Source: an uncultured Acidobacteriota bacterium
GTDB taxonomy: Bacteria; Acidobacteriota; UBA6911
Assembly (NCBI GenBank): GCA_963827655.1
Contig: CAWHCF010000031.1
Span: 96,001-160,000 of the forward strand
Direction: 5' to 3'
Length of the DNA: 64,000 nucleotides
Shown: one piece after another, positions 11,033 to 22,297 of the stretch
Numbering within the stretch: position 1 is the first letter of the stretch
Layout: every line of letters starts with the position of its first letter
The notes under the pieces: generated by a model
Told to the model about the DNA's origin: nothing
Seen by the model: the letters and a program-made list of their open reading frames with translations, nothing else
Databases searched by the model: none
Translations under genes and position numbers: made by a program

Positions 11033-11695
11033 ACTTGTTCCTCCCTTCCTGTTTGAAGGACATCACGATGTCCATACCGCGCGAGCGACTTCACTCCCAG
11101 ACGGTGGTTTTAGCTGAACATCGACCTTTGAATGACGCCTCAACTACGGACTCAAAGGCGACGGACATTGCCTATTTTACACCAGCTCGTTGTTATCTGC
11201 TAAAACCAAGCGCGGCCTTTTCAAGGTCCCTCCACAAAACCCAACTGACTCGAGCCGACACGTTTTCCTGGAGAGCCCGCAGGCATGACCGGTTGTACCG
11301 TCACACCTGAGAATCACAATTCGCCCAACGGATTGATAGCTTAACATCAGAGTTTCGTCAGAAAAACTGCCAACTGTGGCAGGTTTCTCAGTCAGCAATC
11401 CTCTCACGAAACGGCCTGCCGGGTTCGCCAAAACGCCGGCACTCGAAAAACGGTCTCGCGTGCCCAGATCCAGAGACCCGAACAGGGCCGCACAATTGAG
11501 TACTCGAGCAGATCCAGAACCTGATTGCCGACAGCTGATAAATCAGCAGGGTCCTGGCGTCCCGGATGATAGTATGGATCCGCGCCGGCGGTCTGCCCGC
11601 GTGCCGTAGAAGTCAGTCGCCGTATACTCTTTTTCGCACTGACAGTTACCGGGGCGTCTACGGAATGCCCAGTCATTCGGCGAGGAGATAACCGC

Positions 11696-12986
11696 ATGTT
11701 ACAGCATTTGCCACGCAGGTGCGGACCCACAAAATCAGATCGCGACGGCAGCAGCGATTGCCGCAATAGCTGTGATGTTCCGCGCCGAAGGCGGCGCGCA
11801 GCAACCCGGGTCTTCGGCATATGTCGAACATGCCCGGGTCGGCATTCTAGATGGGAATCCTCTCGAGCGACTGGGGATCAGCGCCGGCGAACTCAAAGCA
11901 TCCACGGTTAATCCCACGATTCGCTACGCCGGAATAACGCGGTTTCTCAACAAGACTCGCGCCGTGGTTACCGGTACCCTGGACGACTCCACCGAGCACG
12001 TCCCGAAGGCAATCGATGCTTTGGACAAATATGGAATCAAGGCGACCATCGCGGTCAGCACCTTGCGGGAGCCTATCTCCCGCCTGTGGCCGCGCCTGCG
12101 GCAGGCGGTCGACGCCGGCCACGAGATTGGATCGCATTCACGCCGGCACCAGTGCCAGTGGCCCGACACCGAGTCGTTTTGCCGCGAGGCATACAGTCAG
12201 GACGAGATAGCAGGCTCGCGCGACGATATCCTCGCCCACACCGAGCAGCCGTATGTCTGGACCTGGGTCTATCCCTGCGGTCACTGCGCGGACTACGAGT
12301 TCATTCACCTGAGGCTGAACCGGGCAGGCTACCTGGTGGCGCGCAACTATCCGGACGAGAGGCGAGGCGGCATTCTTGTTCCCGACCTCCAGACGTGGGC
12401 GCTCGACCCCTACAACGCGGCTTTCACCCAGGTGGCGCAGAAAAAAGGAGGAGTTGCGCCGGCGGGCCGGACCGACGTGGCCGATTTGAACGCAAAGTTC
12501 GACGAAGTGTTCAAAGGGGAATCCAGAAGCCCCAGCCGCTCCTTGAATCGAACGGCCGAAGGTGGGATCTATCATTTCATGTCGCACCCGCAGTGGCTCG
12601 ACTACGGAGCGGACAAGTTCTTCGAGCAGCATCTGAGCTACCTGGGCGGTCGATCCGATGTCTGGTATGTCCCTATCGGACCCCTTTATGGGTACCAGAT
12701 CGTGAGAGAGAGCACCGTGGTCAGCCCAATTGGCTCGAAGGAAGGGTGGGAACGCTTCGCCGTTTACAACCGTCTGGATCCGGCGATCTACAATAACAGC
12801 ATCACGCTCGAGTTTCTCGTACCTGCCGCGCGGAAAGTGGAGATTCGATCCGGTGGCAAACCGGTCGTCGAGCGGGCGGGGCAGCTGACCGATCGTTGGA
12901 ACCAGGAGTACTTTCGTCGCGAAGGCGACTCTATTCTGCTCACGATCCGGTCCAACACGATCCTCGAGCTTCGTTCGCCGGAGTGA
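11696..12986 (+). CDS. Exported polysaccharide deacetylase (NodB/CE4-like); probable +1 frameshift between 11696 and ~11740
   Basis: TLDD and HEIGSHSRRH motifs in ORF 11772-12986; RBS GAGGAG + ATG 11696 in another frame; hydrophobic stretch IATAAAIAAIAVMF precedes 11772 in frame. Confidence 0.75.
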
Positions 12987-12988
12987 TC

Positions 12989-13014
12989 AAAAACCAGGGA
13001 CGTCCCTGGTTTTT
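12989..13014. terminator. Perfect 26-bp palindrome, probable bidirectional terminator
   Basis: AAAAACCAGGGAC|GTCCCTGGTTTTT between convergent stop codons; T-runs on both strands. Confidence 0.75.
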
Positions 13015-14933
13015 CAGACGAGATAATCCACGACCGCTTCGGCAAACTCGCCCAGAGGTTGGCCATTGATCGAGGCCCATAGGCCGAGGACATCGCGGCG
13101 GCGTACAGGAGTTGCCGGCGCCGTAGCCTGAAGGCGAATCGCCCCTTCACTTCGAGGAGGAATTTTCACTTCATCTCTAGCGGCTCCGGCCTTCCATCCT
13201 TTCGGAAGATTCAGTGTAACGCGGGCGCGCATGGCGCTCTTATGATGGTTCATGATGCGGGCCTCGATTTCCACTGCCGCTCCTGGAAGCGCCTTCTGCC
13301 GGTACGGATAGGCGCGGATCCAGCTCGGATCGGTTCCGAAGTTCACGTCGTCATGCGGGAAGAGCTTTTGATACAGACGTTCGCGTTCCTGGAACAGGGC
13401 TAGACTTTTTTCGAGATATTCGGCCGAGACCGGCAAGGGTCCCCAATGGGCGGCCATCAGGATGTCGGGTTTGACTTCCAGGAGTATCTTGAAGCACTTC
13501 TCATATCCGACATCACGTCCGGAAAAACAGCGGTTCTGGCTGCAGTAGTCGTCCACACCCCAATTAGCGAACGAGTCGCCGGTAAAAAACACTTTGAAGC
13601 CATTCTTTTCCGCCAGCAAACCCGTGTGATACAGAGTCTGCCCGGGAAAATGGTACGCAGTCAGGCGGAAATCTTTCCATTGGATCGTTTCACCATGTTC
13701 CATAGATCGGTCGACCCGGATCGACTCGGGAAAAAGACAGGGCATCTGGTAGGCTGTGGGATTCTCGATGATGTCAACCATCTCGCGTTGCACGTAAACC
13801 TTCGTTCCAAAACGGCGCCGGGCGGCATTCACGAATTCGGTATGATCATCGTGATAGTGAGTAATCCAGACTCCGTCGACCGACTTGATCTCACCGGCAG
13901 CCTTCAGCCGCTCCAACTCTTCGATCGCCGTGTGGTGCCCGCAGTCGGAGATGAAGATTGATTTATCCTCGGCGACGATCGCCTTGGTCGTAGAAGCGAT
14001 GTGCCGGACCCAATCAGGATAAGGAACTCGCGGTAGTGGCGCCATCATCGGATGCCGGTCCTTGGGATAAATTCCCGCGAAATAGATGCGCCAGGCAGCC
14101 GTTTTCATGTAGTTGTCCATGACGGCGTCCAGGTTTTTCTTGAGTTGGGCCACTGCAGCCGCAGGATCGGTCATGACGACGCCGTGCGACGGAATCAGCA
14201 AATCAGGCTTTTTCTCGAGCACGCGGTCCAGGCTGGACTTGACCTCCTCCACGGCGCCGCCGAAGCCCCAGTAATCTCCTCGCATTCCCGGAAACCGTTT
14301 CTGGAGGCTGTAAATCTCCCAGATCTGGCCGGGCCCGAATAGGAGGTCGCCGGTGAAAGCCACGCGCTTGCCTTCGAACTCCACGAGGTACGTTATTGAG
14401 CCTTCGGTGTGTCCGGGCGTATCGATGACTTCGAATTTCAGGCCTTCCCAGTCGTGAGTATCACCTCCCTTTACAGCGTGCGAGACCTGGACAGATTCTC
14501 TCAAGGTAAAAAGATGCGGCCTGAAGTTGTAACGATGATCCAGGATGCCGTCCGCCGAAGCCCAGAACCCGTCCGCGTCTGAAAAGAAATGCATCTCCTG
14601 GGCGGGGACGACCAGCTTGGAACCCGATGCAGCCAGGCGTGAAGCTCCGGATGCCTGGTCCCGGTGGTGATGAGTAAAGAGGACGCGTTCGGCCACGCCA
14701 CCGCCTGGGGTGGAAACAAGTTCCCCTGAATCGACCAGCAGTTTCTTTCCGTTACGTTCCAGAACGGCCGTATTTACCGATGCCTTGATCAGGCGCAGTC
14801 CGGGCAGGATCTGTTCGGTCCCCGGGGGAGCGCCGGCCGCCCTCTGAAAGATGGGTTCGCCAAGGCGGAGCAGGGGCGTGAGCGCAGCCAGCTGCAAAAA
14901 TCCTCGGCGGGACCAGGTTAGATTGTTTTCCAT
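13014..14933 (-). CDS. Tat-exported tandem metallo-beta-lactamase-fold hydrolase with C-terminal Ig-like domain
   Basis: Twin-arginine SRRGFLQ; domain 1 THHHRDQ/TPGHT/FTGD/PSHG; domain 2 THYHDDH/PGQT/FTGD/AAHW. Confidence 0.85.
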   Translation of the reverse strand: MENNLTWSRRGFLQLAALTPLLRLGEPIFQRAAGAPPGTEQILPGLRLIKASVNTAVLERNGKKLLVDSGELVSTPGGGVAERVLFTHHHRDQASGASRLAASGSKLVVPAQEMHFFSDADGFWASADGILDHRYNFRPHLFTLRESVQVSHAVKGGDTHDWEGLKFEVIDTPGHTEGSITYLVEFEGKRVAFTGDLLFGPGQIWEIYSLQKRFPGMRGDYWGFGGAVEEVKSSLDRVLEKKPDLLIPSHGVVMTDPAAAVAQLKKNLDAVMDNYMKTAAWRIYFAGIYPKDRHPMMAPLPRVPYPDWVRHIASTTKAIVAEDKSIFISDCGHHTAIEELERLKAAGEIKSVDGVWITHYHDDHTEFVNAARRRFGTKVYVQREMVDIIENPTAYQMPCLFPESIRVDRSMEHGETIQWKDFRLTAYHFPGQTLYHTGLLAEKNGFKVFFTGDSFANWGVDDYCSQNRCFSGRDVGYEKCFKILLEVKPDILMAAHWGPLPVSAEYLEKSLALFQERERLYQKLFPHDDVNFGTDPSWIRAYPYRQKALPGAAVEIEARIMNHHKSAMRARVTLNLPKGWKAGAARDEVKIPPRSEGAIRLQATAPATPVRRRDVLGLWASINGQPLGEFAEAVVDYLV

Positions 14934-14988
14934 TGTCAAAGCTGTCCGCGTTGTTGCGTGTTTCAGCGCCAGGTCACGAAGATCGCCG

Positions 14989-16672
14989 TCACTCGAGATC
15001 TTTTTCCCCTTCGGTGTGCCGGTAGAGACGATCGGCGGGCAGATTCTCGAAGTGTTCTTTTAATCCTGACGGCCAACGAATGTCGATCTGGTCGACTTGC
15101 GATGCAGAACCCAGGCCGAAGTGCAGTGTCAGCTCATTCTGCGAGCAGTAACTGCTTCCTGCTTTCACCTCGCCGGTCTGCTTCCGGCCCTGAACGGTGA
15201 TGGTGGCTCGAGCGCCGACCGCATCTCGGTTGCTTTTCTTCCCTTTCAAACTGAACCTGAACCAATGCCTTCGGTTGCCCCCATCATTTAGCAACACCGT
15301 AGGCGTATCGTCAATGTTGCTGATCACGAGATCGAGATCGCCGTCGTTGTCCAGATCTGCATAGGCGCCGCCGCGGCCGCACTTGGGCGTCTGGAGACTG
15401 GCGCCGGAGCTCAGCCCGATCTCCCTGAAGGTACCGTTTCCCACGTTATCGAAAAGGAGGGTGCGCTGCCGGTAAGTCGTGTTCAGTGGAAAGCGATCGA
15501 CCTGCGGGTAGACGTGGCCGTTCACTACATAGATATCGCGATCGCTGTCGTTGTCGAAATCGAAAAAGCCCGTCGCCCAGGCGAGGGTGTTCCAGGTAGG
15601 TTCGAAAAGGCCGGCCTTCCGAGTGACGTCGCGAAAAGAGTCGCGTCCCTCGTTCCGGTAGAGCGTGTCGGAATCATCCGAGAAGTTGGTTCGGTAGAGA
15701 TCGAGCTTTCCGTCCCCATCGTAATCCGCCAGGTCGACCCCCATGCTCGCCTGCTCCTTGCCGTCTTCGTTTACGGCGGTGCCGGACAGGAGTCCGATCT
15801 CGGTAAATCGATTGTTTCCCTCGTTCCTGTAGAGATAGCTCGGAACAGCGTCATTGGCGACATAAAGGTCGGGATCCCCGTCATCGTCGTAATCCCCCCA
15901 GACGACCCCCAGCCCGTAATATGCGCTTTCATCAGCCACCCCGGCCGTCTTGCGCGACTTCGGTAAACGTCCCATCGCCGTTGTTATGATAGAGCGAATC
16001 GGGCGCCCCTTTGAGCCCACGGGGTCCACACATGACGGGGATTCCGCGATACTGGCAGTATTTGCTTCCTTCCGGCAGCTGCGGCAGATTTTTCAGATCA
16101 ATGGCCACGTAGTTGGCGACGAAGAGATCGACATAACCGTCTCGATCGTAATCACCCCACGCGGCGCCGGTTGACCAGCGCCTGTCGCCGACACCGGCCT
16201 TTTCGGTCACGTCGCTGAAGGTTCCGTTACCGTTGTTTCTATAGAGGGTGTTTCGGCCGAAGTTGGTGACGTACAGATCAGTCCAGCCGTCATTATCGTA
16301 GTCAGCGGCGCATCCGCCCATTCCCCAGCCGGTATCGCCCACCCCGGCCTTGGTCGTAACGTCCTCGAAGCGGCCGCCGCCCAGATTGTGAAACAGCGCA
16401 TCGCCCACCGGAGCCGCTTTACCCTCCAGGATCTCGAGCGTGGAGCCATTGACCAGGTAGACATCAATGAGTCCGTCGTTGTCGTAGTCGAAAAGGACCA
16501 CGCCGCCGCTCATCGTATCGAAAATATATTTCTTTTCCTTCGATCCGCCCACGTGCTGGAAATGGATTCCGGAAGTGTTCGAAACATCGCGAAAGGAAAT
16601 CACCTCAGCAGGAACATTATTCAGGAATAAGGGAAGAAAGACGAAAACGAGATATGTAAGTGTTCGGATCAA
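14989..16672 (-). CDS. CRTAC1-family FG-GAP repeat / ASPIC-UnbV protein; +1 frameshift near 15952
   Basis: Repeated DYDNDG..D(L/V)YV.N and LY.N.G.GTF motifs across ORFs 15932-16726 and 14989-16029; C-terminal LHFGLG...IRWPSG; the frames join as GTFTEVA/KTAGVAD; start approximate. Confidence 0.88.
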
Positions 16673-16760
16673 AGTGAGGTTTAGTGTCTTCGAGTCCTGG
16701 TGGTTAAAGCGGCGGAACAAAACCAACCTCCAAGACTCGAAGACTCGAAGAGACGCATTT

Positions 16761-18423
16761 TCAGATCTTCCGCCACCCCGGACCGCGCAGCACTTTGCCG
16801 GGCAGCGCGCCGGTCTGCTTGCCGTTGTCCAGAACCACCTCGCCGTTCACAATCACGTACGGGATGCCGATTGGATACTGCTGGGGATTCTCGAAGGTCG
16901 CCTTGTCGGCTACGGTATTCGGATCGAAGAGCGCTACGTCCGCCCAGTAACCCACTTTAAGCAAACCGCGATCGGAGATGTTGATCTTCCCGGCGTTCAT
17001 ACTGGTCATTTTCTTGACGGCATCGGCCAGCGTGATCACCTTCAGCTCTCGCACATAGCGGCCAAGCACGCGCGGGAAGGTCCCATACCAGCGCGGATGC
17101 GGATGCATGTTGCCGCGGGGGCCATGGGGACTGACGGCCGAGCCGTCGGAGCCGATCGAGACGAACGACTGCTTGAGCGCGAACTGCATGTCCGGCTCCG
17201 AGTGGTGGAAGTACACGGTCCGGACGCCGCCGTTTTCCTCCAGCAGCACGTCGAAGAGCACATCGACGCCATCGCCTCCTCGCGCCTTGATCAGGTCGCT
17301 CATCCGCTTTCCGACGAATGGCTTGTTCTTCGGATTCGACAGGTTCACCAGCAACATGGCGCTCCAGTCTCCTCCCACGGCCAGGTAGTGGTTGTACCAG
17401 TCAGGCAGGCCGTTCAGGATATCCTGTTTCATCCGGGCGCGCATCTTGGGATCCTTCAACCGGTCGAGCATCTTCTCGTTGCCGCCATCGTGCGCCCAGG
17501 GAGGAATGATCGCGCGCAGGTCATTCTGTCCGGCAGTGTAGGGGTACACATGAGCGCGGATATCATGTTTCTCGGAGCGGGCCTTCTCGATCATCGCGAC
17601 GACTTCCTTCATCCGGCCCCAGAGCTTCTTGTCCGCGATTTTCAGGTGAATCACGTCCACGCGAATGCCGGCGCCCTTGCCGACGTTGATCGCTTCCTCG
17701 ACCGAGCGAAATACACCGGCGCCTTCATCACGGATGTGGGTGGAATAGATTCCGCCGTAATGCCGGGCCACCTTGGCCAGCTCAATCAACTGCGCGGTGG
17801 TGATCAGGTTGGATGGCGGCATCAGCAGTGAGGTAGCAAGGCCCATCGCCCCCTCCTGCATGGCCTTTTCAACCTCCTTCTCCATGGCCTTCATGTCGGC
17901 GGGAGTGGCCGGCGTCAGGTCGAAGCCTTTGACGTAGGTCCAGATCTGAGTCTGCCCGACGTAGGAGCATATGTTAGGGGCGACGCCCTTTTTCTCGACG
18001 TAATCGAAGTAACCGCCCAGCGTAGTCCAGGGCCGGTCTTTCCCGCGGTCACCGCTGCGCCCGCCTCGGCTTCCTCCTGGCCGTACCGGGCCCGCCGAGC
18101 CCCCTTCGCCCAGCACCATGGTGGTGACCCCCTGACGGATCATGCTCTCGCACTTGGGCTCATCGAGCAGCGTGTCGTCGGAGTGGTTGTGCATGTCGAT
18201 GAACCCGGGCGCAACCACCAGGCCGGCCGCATCAATCTTGCGCTTGGCGGGCGCCTTGCTGAGGTCCCCGATGGCGGCGATCTTGCCGTCCCGGATGCCG
18301 ATATCCGCGCGCCGGCCCTCACGTGCCCGAGCCGTCGATCACCGTCCCATTGGCAACGACCAGATCAAACGATTCCTGCGCTGAAAGAGAAACAGTGAAA
18401 GCAAGTAAGATCAAGAAAAGCAT
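16761..18423 (-). CDS. Exported N-acyl-D-amino-acid deacylase (D-aminoacylase); +1 frameshift at ~18321
   Basis: MLFLILLAFTVSLSAQESFDLVVANGTVIDGSGT / EGRRADIGIRDGKI...VAPGFIDMHNHSD; THIRDE, GSDG, HPRWYGTFPRVLG. Confidence 0.9.
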
Positions 18424-18428
18424 GGCTG

Positions 18429-19595
18429 TCACCTCGCGAGAGCGGACTGGCGTAAAGACGCGAACACCTTCTTTGCGTTACCGTTGTAAATCTTCTGCAG
18501 GACTTCGTCGGGCAGTTTCAATCCGAAGGTTGGCCCCCAGGTGCGCCGAGTGTCGATCAGGTCATCATCGGTCTCAAGGGTTCGGAAGTAGCCCTCGTAC
18601 ATGCTCTGGCCGATGGGTGCGTCGGTGCCGAACAGGATCCTATCCTGATATCTGGCGGCGAACTTTCGGCCGCTGTTCGGCTTGGAGGGCAGCGTCCAGC
18701 TTCGGGCGCCCATTTCGACCATCATATTCGGATACTTGTCGAGTAGTGCGCCCAGCGCACCCAGGTCGTGCTCCATGCTGGCGTAGTGCAAAGCCACGAA
18801 GGTCGTCTTCTTGTGCCGCTCCACGATATCGTTCCGCTGCTGCATCAGTTCCTCGTGCGTGAATCGCCTGGTGCCGGTGTGATCGTCGCCGTAAAACCAC
18901 CAGTGTGGTGAGCGCAGGAGGTTGGGGTAGGTCTCGTTCCGCTCGTCCCACGGCTTGAAGAAGCCGATGGGGTCTGCCGTGTGGATGAACACAGGCATGC
19001 CGAGGTCGCCCGCCTTGGCCCAGATTGAATCCAGACGCCGATCGTTGACGGCGACGTATTTTCCCCCTTTCTCCTTTACGTAGCAGCCCAGGTCCTTCGT
19101 GATCTTGAGGCCGCGTGCGCCCATGCGGTGTGCTTCTTCGAGCGCGCGCGTCTGGTTGGCCGAGAAATCCGGCTCGTCGATCCTGCTGAAGTCGAGCTGG
19201 GTACAGACGACAAAGCGCCCCTGGTATCGATCCTGCAGGTGCTTGAGATTCTGCTGCAGCTGATCTCCCCATCCGCCGGTCAGCGCGACGACAGTGCGGA
19301 CGTTAGCGGCATCCATCTCCCCGACTGCTTTGGCGATTGCCTGCTCGTTGCCGTCATAGGCGATGTGGTTGTGCACGTCCACGACGGGAAATTTGGCGCG
19401 CGGGACGCGCGTCGCCTGAACTATGTCGGAGCGTTCGGGCCTCCAGTCCTGGATTCTGAGTTCGCTGTGCTGCGATTTCATCCGCTCCGCCCAGGCCTTG
19501 AATTCCGGAGTAGCGCCATAGCGCTGAGCTTGAGCCAGCAAAAGAGCCGCTGCTGCCAGCAACAGAACAAGTAAGACTGAGCCCAACACTCTCAT
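18429..19595 (-). CDS. Exported amidohydrolase (Amidohydro_2 type)
   Basis: Signal peptide; VDVHNH, PVFIHTADP, ALHY, DRILFGTD, KIYNGNA; RBS GAGGAGG. Confidence 0.88.
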   Translation of the reverse strand: MRVLGSVLLVLLLAAAALLLAQAQRYGATPEFKAWAERMKSQHSELRIQDWRPERSDIVQATRVPRAKFPVVDVHNHIAYDGNEQAIAKAVGEMDAANVRTVVALTGGWGDQLQQNLKHLQDRYQGRFVVCTQLDFSRIDEPDFSANQTRALEEAHRMGARGLKITKDLGCYVKEKGGKYVAVNDRRLDSIWAKAGDLGMPVFIHTADPIGFFKPWDERNETYPNLLRSPHWWFYGDDHTGTRRFTHEELMQQRNDIVERHKKTTFVALHYASMEHDLGALGALLDKYPNMMVEMGARSWTLPSKPNSGRKFAARYQDRILFGTDAPIGQSMYEGYFRTLETDDDLIDTRRTWGPTFGLKLPDEVLQKIYNGNAKKVFASLRQSALAR

Positions 19596-19669
19596 TCGAA
19601 CCCTCCTCATTGTTGTCTTCGCGGTTAGTGCGGTCTAGCGGATACCACCAAGACTCGAAGACTCTAAGT

Positions 19670-21187
19670 CTAAGGCGCCGGATCGTCAACCAGGAGACGG
19701 CTGAATTGTTTCTCGTTGATCAGCCGGGCGATCATCTCGACGTCGGGAGTCACTTCTCGATCATTATGCAGCGGCGGAACGTGTTCGCGCACCAGCGCCA
19801 AGGCTCTTCGCGTCCCCTCGCCTGGTTCCAGTGGTTTGCGGAACTCCATCGCCTGGCAAGCGGCGAGAATCTCGCCCGCGATTACGGTCGCCACGTTGTC
19901 GACCAGGGATTTGAGTTTCAAGGCCGAGGTCATCCCCATCGAGACATGGTCTTCCTTGTTGGCCGAGGTCGGAATGCTGTCCACCGACGCCGGATGTGCC
20001 AGGATCTTGTTCTCGGATACAAGGGCTGCCGACATGACTTGAAGCATCATGTATCCGGAAGAAAGCCCGGGGTTGCGGGAGAGGAAGGGAGGGAGGCCGC
20101 TCAGGTCGGGATTGACCAGGCGCTCTAAACGTCTTTCGGAAATGCTGGCAAGATCGGCGAGAGCAAGGGCGGCATAATCAAGCGCGTAGGCGAGGGGCGC
20201 GCCATGGAAGTTTCCGCCGGATAGAATTTCTCCGTCCTCAGGAATGACCAGTGGATTATCGGTGGCGCTGTTAATCTCGCGCTCGAGTATTTCGCGCACG
20301 TGCGCCAGAGCGTCCCGCACGGCGCCGTGGACTTGCGGTATGCAACGGAGCGAGTAAGCGTCCTGCAAGCGTCCGCAATCTCTGTGCGATTCCACGATCG
20401 CGCTCCCACGCAGCAGCCGGAGAATGTTAGCCGCGGTCTGTTGCTGCCCCGGGTGCGGCCTCAGGCGGTGGATCCGAGAGTCGCTCGCGGCCGGCGTTCC
20501 TAAAAGCACCTCCAGAGAAAGGGATCCGGCCACATCCGCGGTTTCGATCAGGGTCAGCGCGCGATTGACAGCCAGTCCGCCGACGGCAGTCATGAATTGC
20601 GTCCCGTTCAGCAGCGCCAGTCCTTCCTTGGCCTGCAGCTCGAGGAGAGCGATTCCCGCCCGGCGCATGGCTTCGGCGCCTGGAAGGCGCTCGTCTTGAT
20701 AAACGGCCTCGCCGGCGCCGATTAAAACCAGCGCCATATGGGCCGACGGGGCGAGGTCGCCGCTGGCGCCGACTGATCCCCGCGAAGGAACTACCGGATG
20801 AACGCGGCGATTCAACATTTCTATCAAGGTTTCAATCACCACAGGCCGCACACCGGAAAAACCTTTCGCCAGGGTATTGGCGCGCAGCAACAGCGCCGCC
20901 CGAACTTCCCGTTGTTCGAGCAGCTCACCAACACCGGAGGCGTGGCTGCGCAGGAGGTTGATCTGGAGTTGCTGGAGTTCATCGGGACGTATCCGGATTT
21001 CGCTGAGCTTGCCGAAACCGGTAGTCACGCCATAGATGACCGCACCGTTTTCCAGGGCACGGTCTATGACTCGGCGGGAGGCGGCCACTCTCGCTCGCGC
21101 CTCTGGAGAAAGGGCAATGGCCGCGTCATCGCGGGCGACCCGAACGACTGATTCCAGCGACAAAGAGTTGCCGTCGATTACGATCAT
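19670..21187 (-). CDS. hutH: Histidine ammonia-lyase
   Basis: YGVTTGFG, LLRSHASG, MIO motif GSVGASGDLAP, QDAYSLRCIPQVHG, EDHVSMG. Confidence 0.95.
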   Translation of the reverse strand: MIVIDGNSLSLESVVRVARDDAAIALSPEARARVAASRRVIDRALENGAVIYGVTTGFGKLSEIRIRPDELQQLQINLLRSHASGVGELLEQREVRAALLLRANTLAKGFSGVRPVVIETLIEMLNRRVHPVVPSRGSVGASGDLAPSAHMALVLIGAGEAVYQDERLPGAEAMRRAGIALLELQAKEGLALLNGTQFMTAVGGLAVNRALTLIETADVAGSLSLEVLLGTPAASDSRIHRLRPHPGQQQTAANILRLLRGSAIVESHRDCGRLQDAYSLRCIPQVHGAVRDALAHVREILEREINSATDNPLVIPEDGEILSGGNFHGAPLAYALDYAALALADLASISERRLERLVNPDLSGLPPFLSRNPGLSSGYMMLQVMSAALVSENKILAHPASVDSIPTSANKEDHVSMGMTSALKLKSLVDNVATVIAGEILAACQAMEFRKPLEPGEGTRRALALVREHVPPLHNDREVTPDVEMIARLINEKQFSRLLVDDPAP

Positions 21188-21294
21188 GCGCACCGCTGCT
21201 CCGGTGTCGGGGCTTCGCAACCCTTAGCGTCTTCGTGCGCTTCGTGGTGGAACAAGCAACACTATGACGCGAGGACACGAAGAAACACCAGGAA

Positions 21295-22254
21295 TCATTC
21301 GCCCATCCAGAGCGAGAAACTCCACCTTGATGGCTCGGCGAATCGTAGCACGGTGTGACGGTCGATGCCGTGGAAGATCGCGATGCAAAAGAGTCCGATT
21401 GTGAGCCAGAGCGCAACCCGCTGAGGCGTCGAATTCCAGCGACGCGGAATTGCAGTCAGAAGATGGTACAGAATCCAACACTCCAGCGCGAAAGGTGGAA
21501 AACCAAGGAAGCCGAGGAGAGGCATTTCAAAGATTCTCCAGTCACCGAAGAACGGGACCGAGTAAATCCATTTTCCACCCGCCCAAAAATTCCAGAACTC
21601 CCACATCAAACCGCAAGTAAGACCGCCCAGCAGCAGGCTCCAGACTCTGCGGCGGTCTCCGGACCATATCGACAGAGAAAGGCTGCGGATGCCGAATTTT
21701 TCCAGCAGCGGATCCAGGAGAAAAATGGGCCCAAGCCAGACAGTCGGGAAAAAGAAGCGGGGCGATACCAGCGGAGCCACGCTCAGGATCACTCCAAGAA
21801 TCAGGAAAATCGACGATTGAGTAGACGAGGGCTTCGCTTCGAGCGATTCATATTCGGAAGCGGCAGGCCCCGTCCGGCGGAAAAACAGCGTATCGAATAG
21901 ATCAGCAGTAATGAAGATCCCCGGCAAGACGGTGGCGAATGCGACGGAATAGCCGGGCCAGCGCACCCACAGTTGCCCGGGAACGCCGCTGTAAGCCCAG
22001 TTTCGAATGCTCAGGTTGTAGCCTTCAAAAAGGAGCCATATCGCGACCGAAAGGGGCAGCATGCTCCAGAGTTCGCGCCTGCGTCCGACTATCAAAGACC
22101 GGCCCCGAAGCTTGAGCAGAAGATTGTCGGCCAGGAGAATGTACGACCACCAGGCGAAACAGTAAAACCAGGAGTAAAAGGGCTCGATTCTCCGGAAAAG
22201 GAAGTACTCGGAGGTCAGAAGCAGCAGCAGTCCGAACCAACCGTAAGCTCTCAT
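21295..22254 (-). CDS. Uncharacterised multi-pass membrane protein
   Basis: Many hydrophobic segments; repeated W-x-x-F/W-E-x-x-N...W-x-Y motif. Confidence 0.75.
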   Translation of the reverse strand: MRAYGWFGLLLLLTSEYFLFRRIEPFYSWFYCFAWWSYILLADNLLLKLRGRSLIVGRRRELWSMLPLSVAIWLLFEGYNLSIRNWAYSGVPGQLWVRWPGYSVAFATVLPGIFITADLFDTLFFRRTGPAASEYESLEAKPSSTQSSIFLILGVILSVAPLVSPRFFFPTVWLGPIFLLDPLLEKFGIRSLSLSIWSGDRRRVWSLLLGGLTCGLMWEFWNFWAGGKWIYSVPFFGDWRIFEMPLLGFLGFPPFALECWILYHLLTAIPRRWNSTPQRVALWLTIGLFCIAIFHGIDRHTVLRFAEPSRWSFSLWMGE

Positions 22255-22297
22255 TCTCGTCTATGTGGCGGGATTTCTCTTCAATGCTCGCCGCTGT

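Noticed and set aside
16681-16750. Short repeats as a possible CRISPR array
   Set aside because: Units are 7-9 nt, irregular and dispersed; no constant repeat with unique spacers and no cas genes
18319-18321. In-frame TGA in the D-aminoacylase N-terminus as possible selenocysteine
   Set aside because: The coding sequence continues in another frame, so this is a +1 insertion and not read-through
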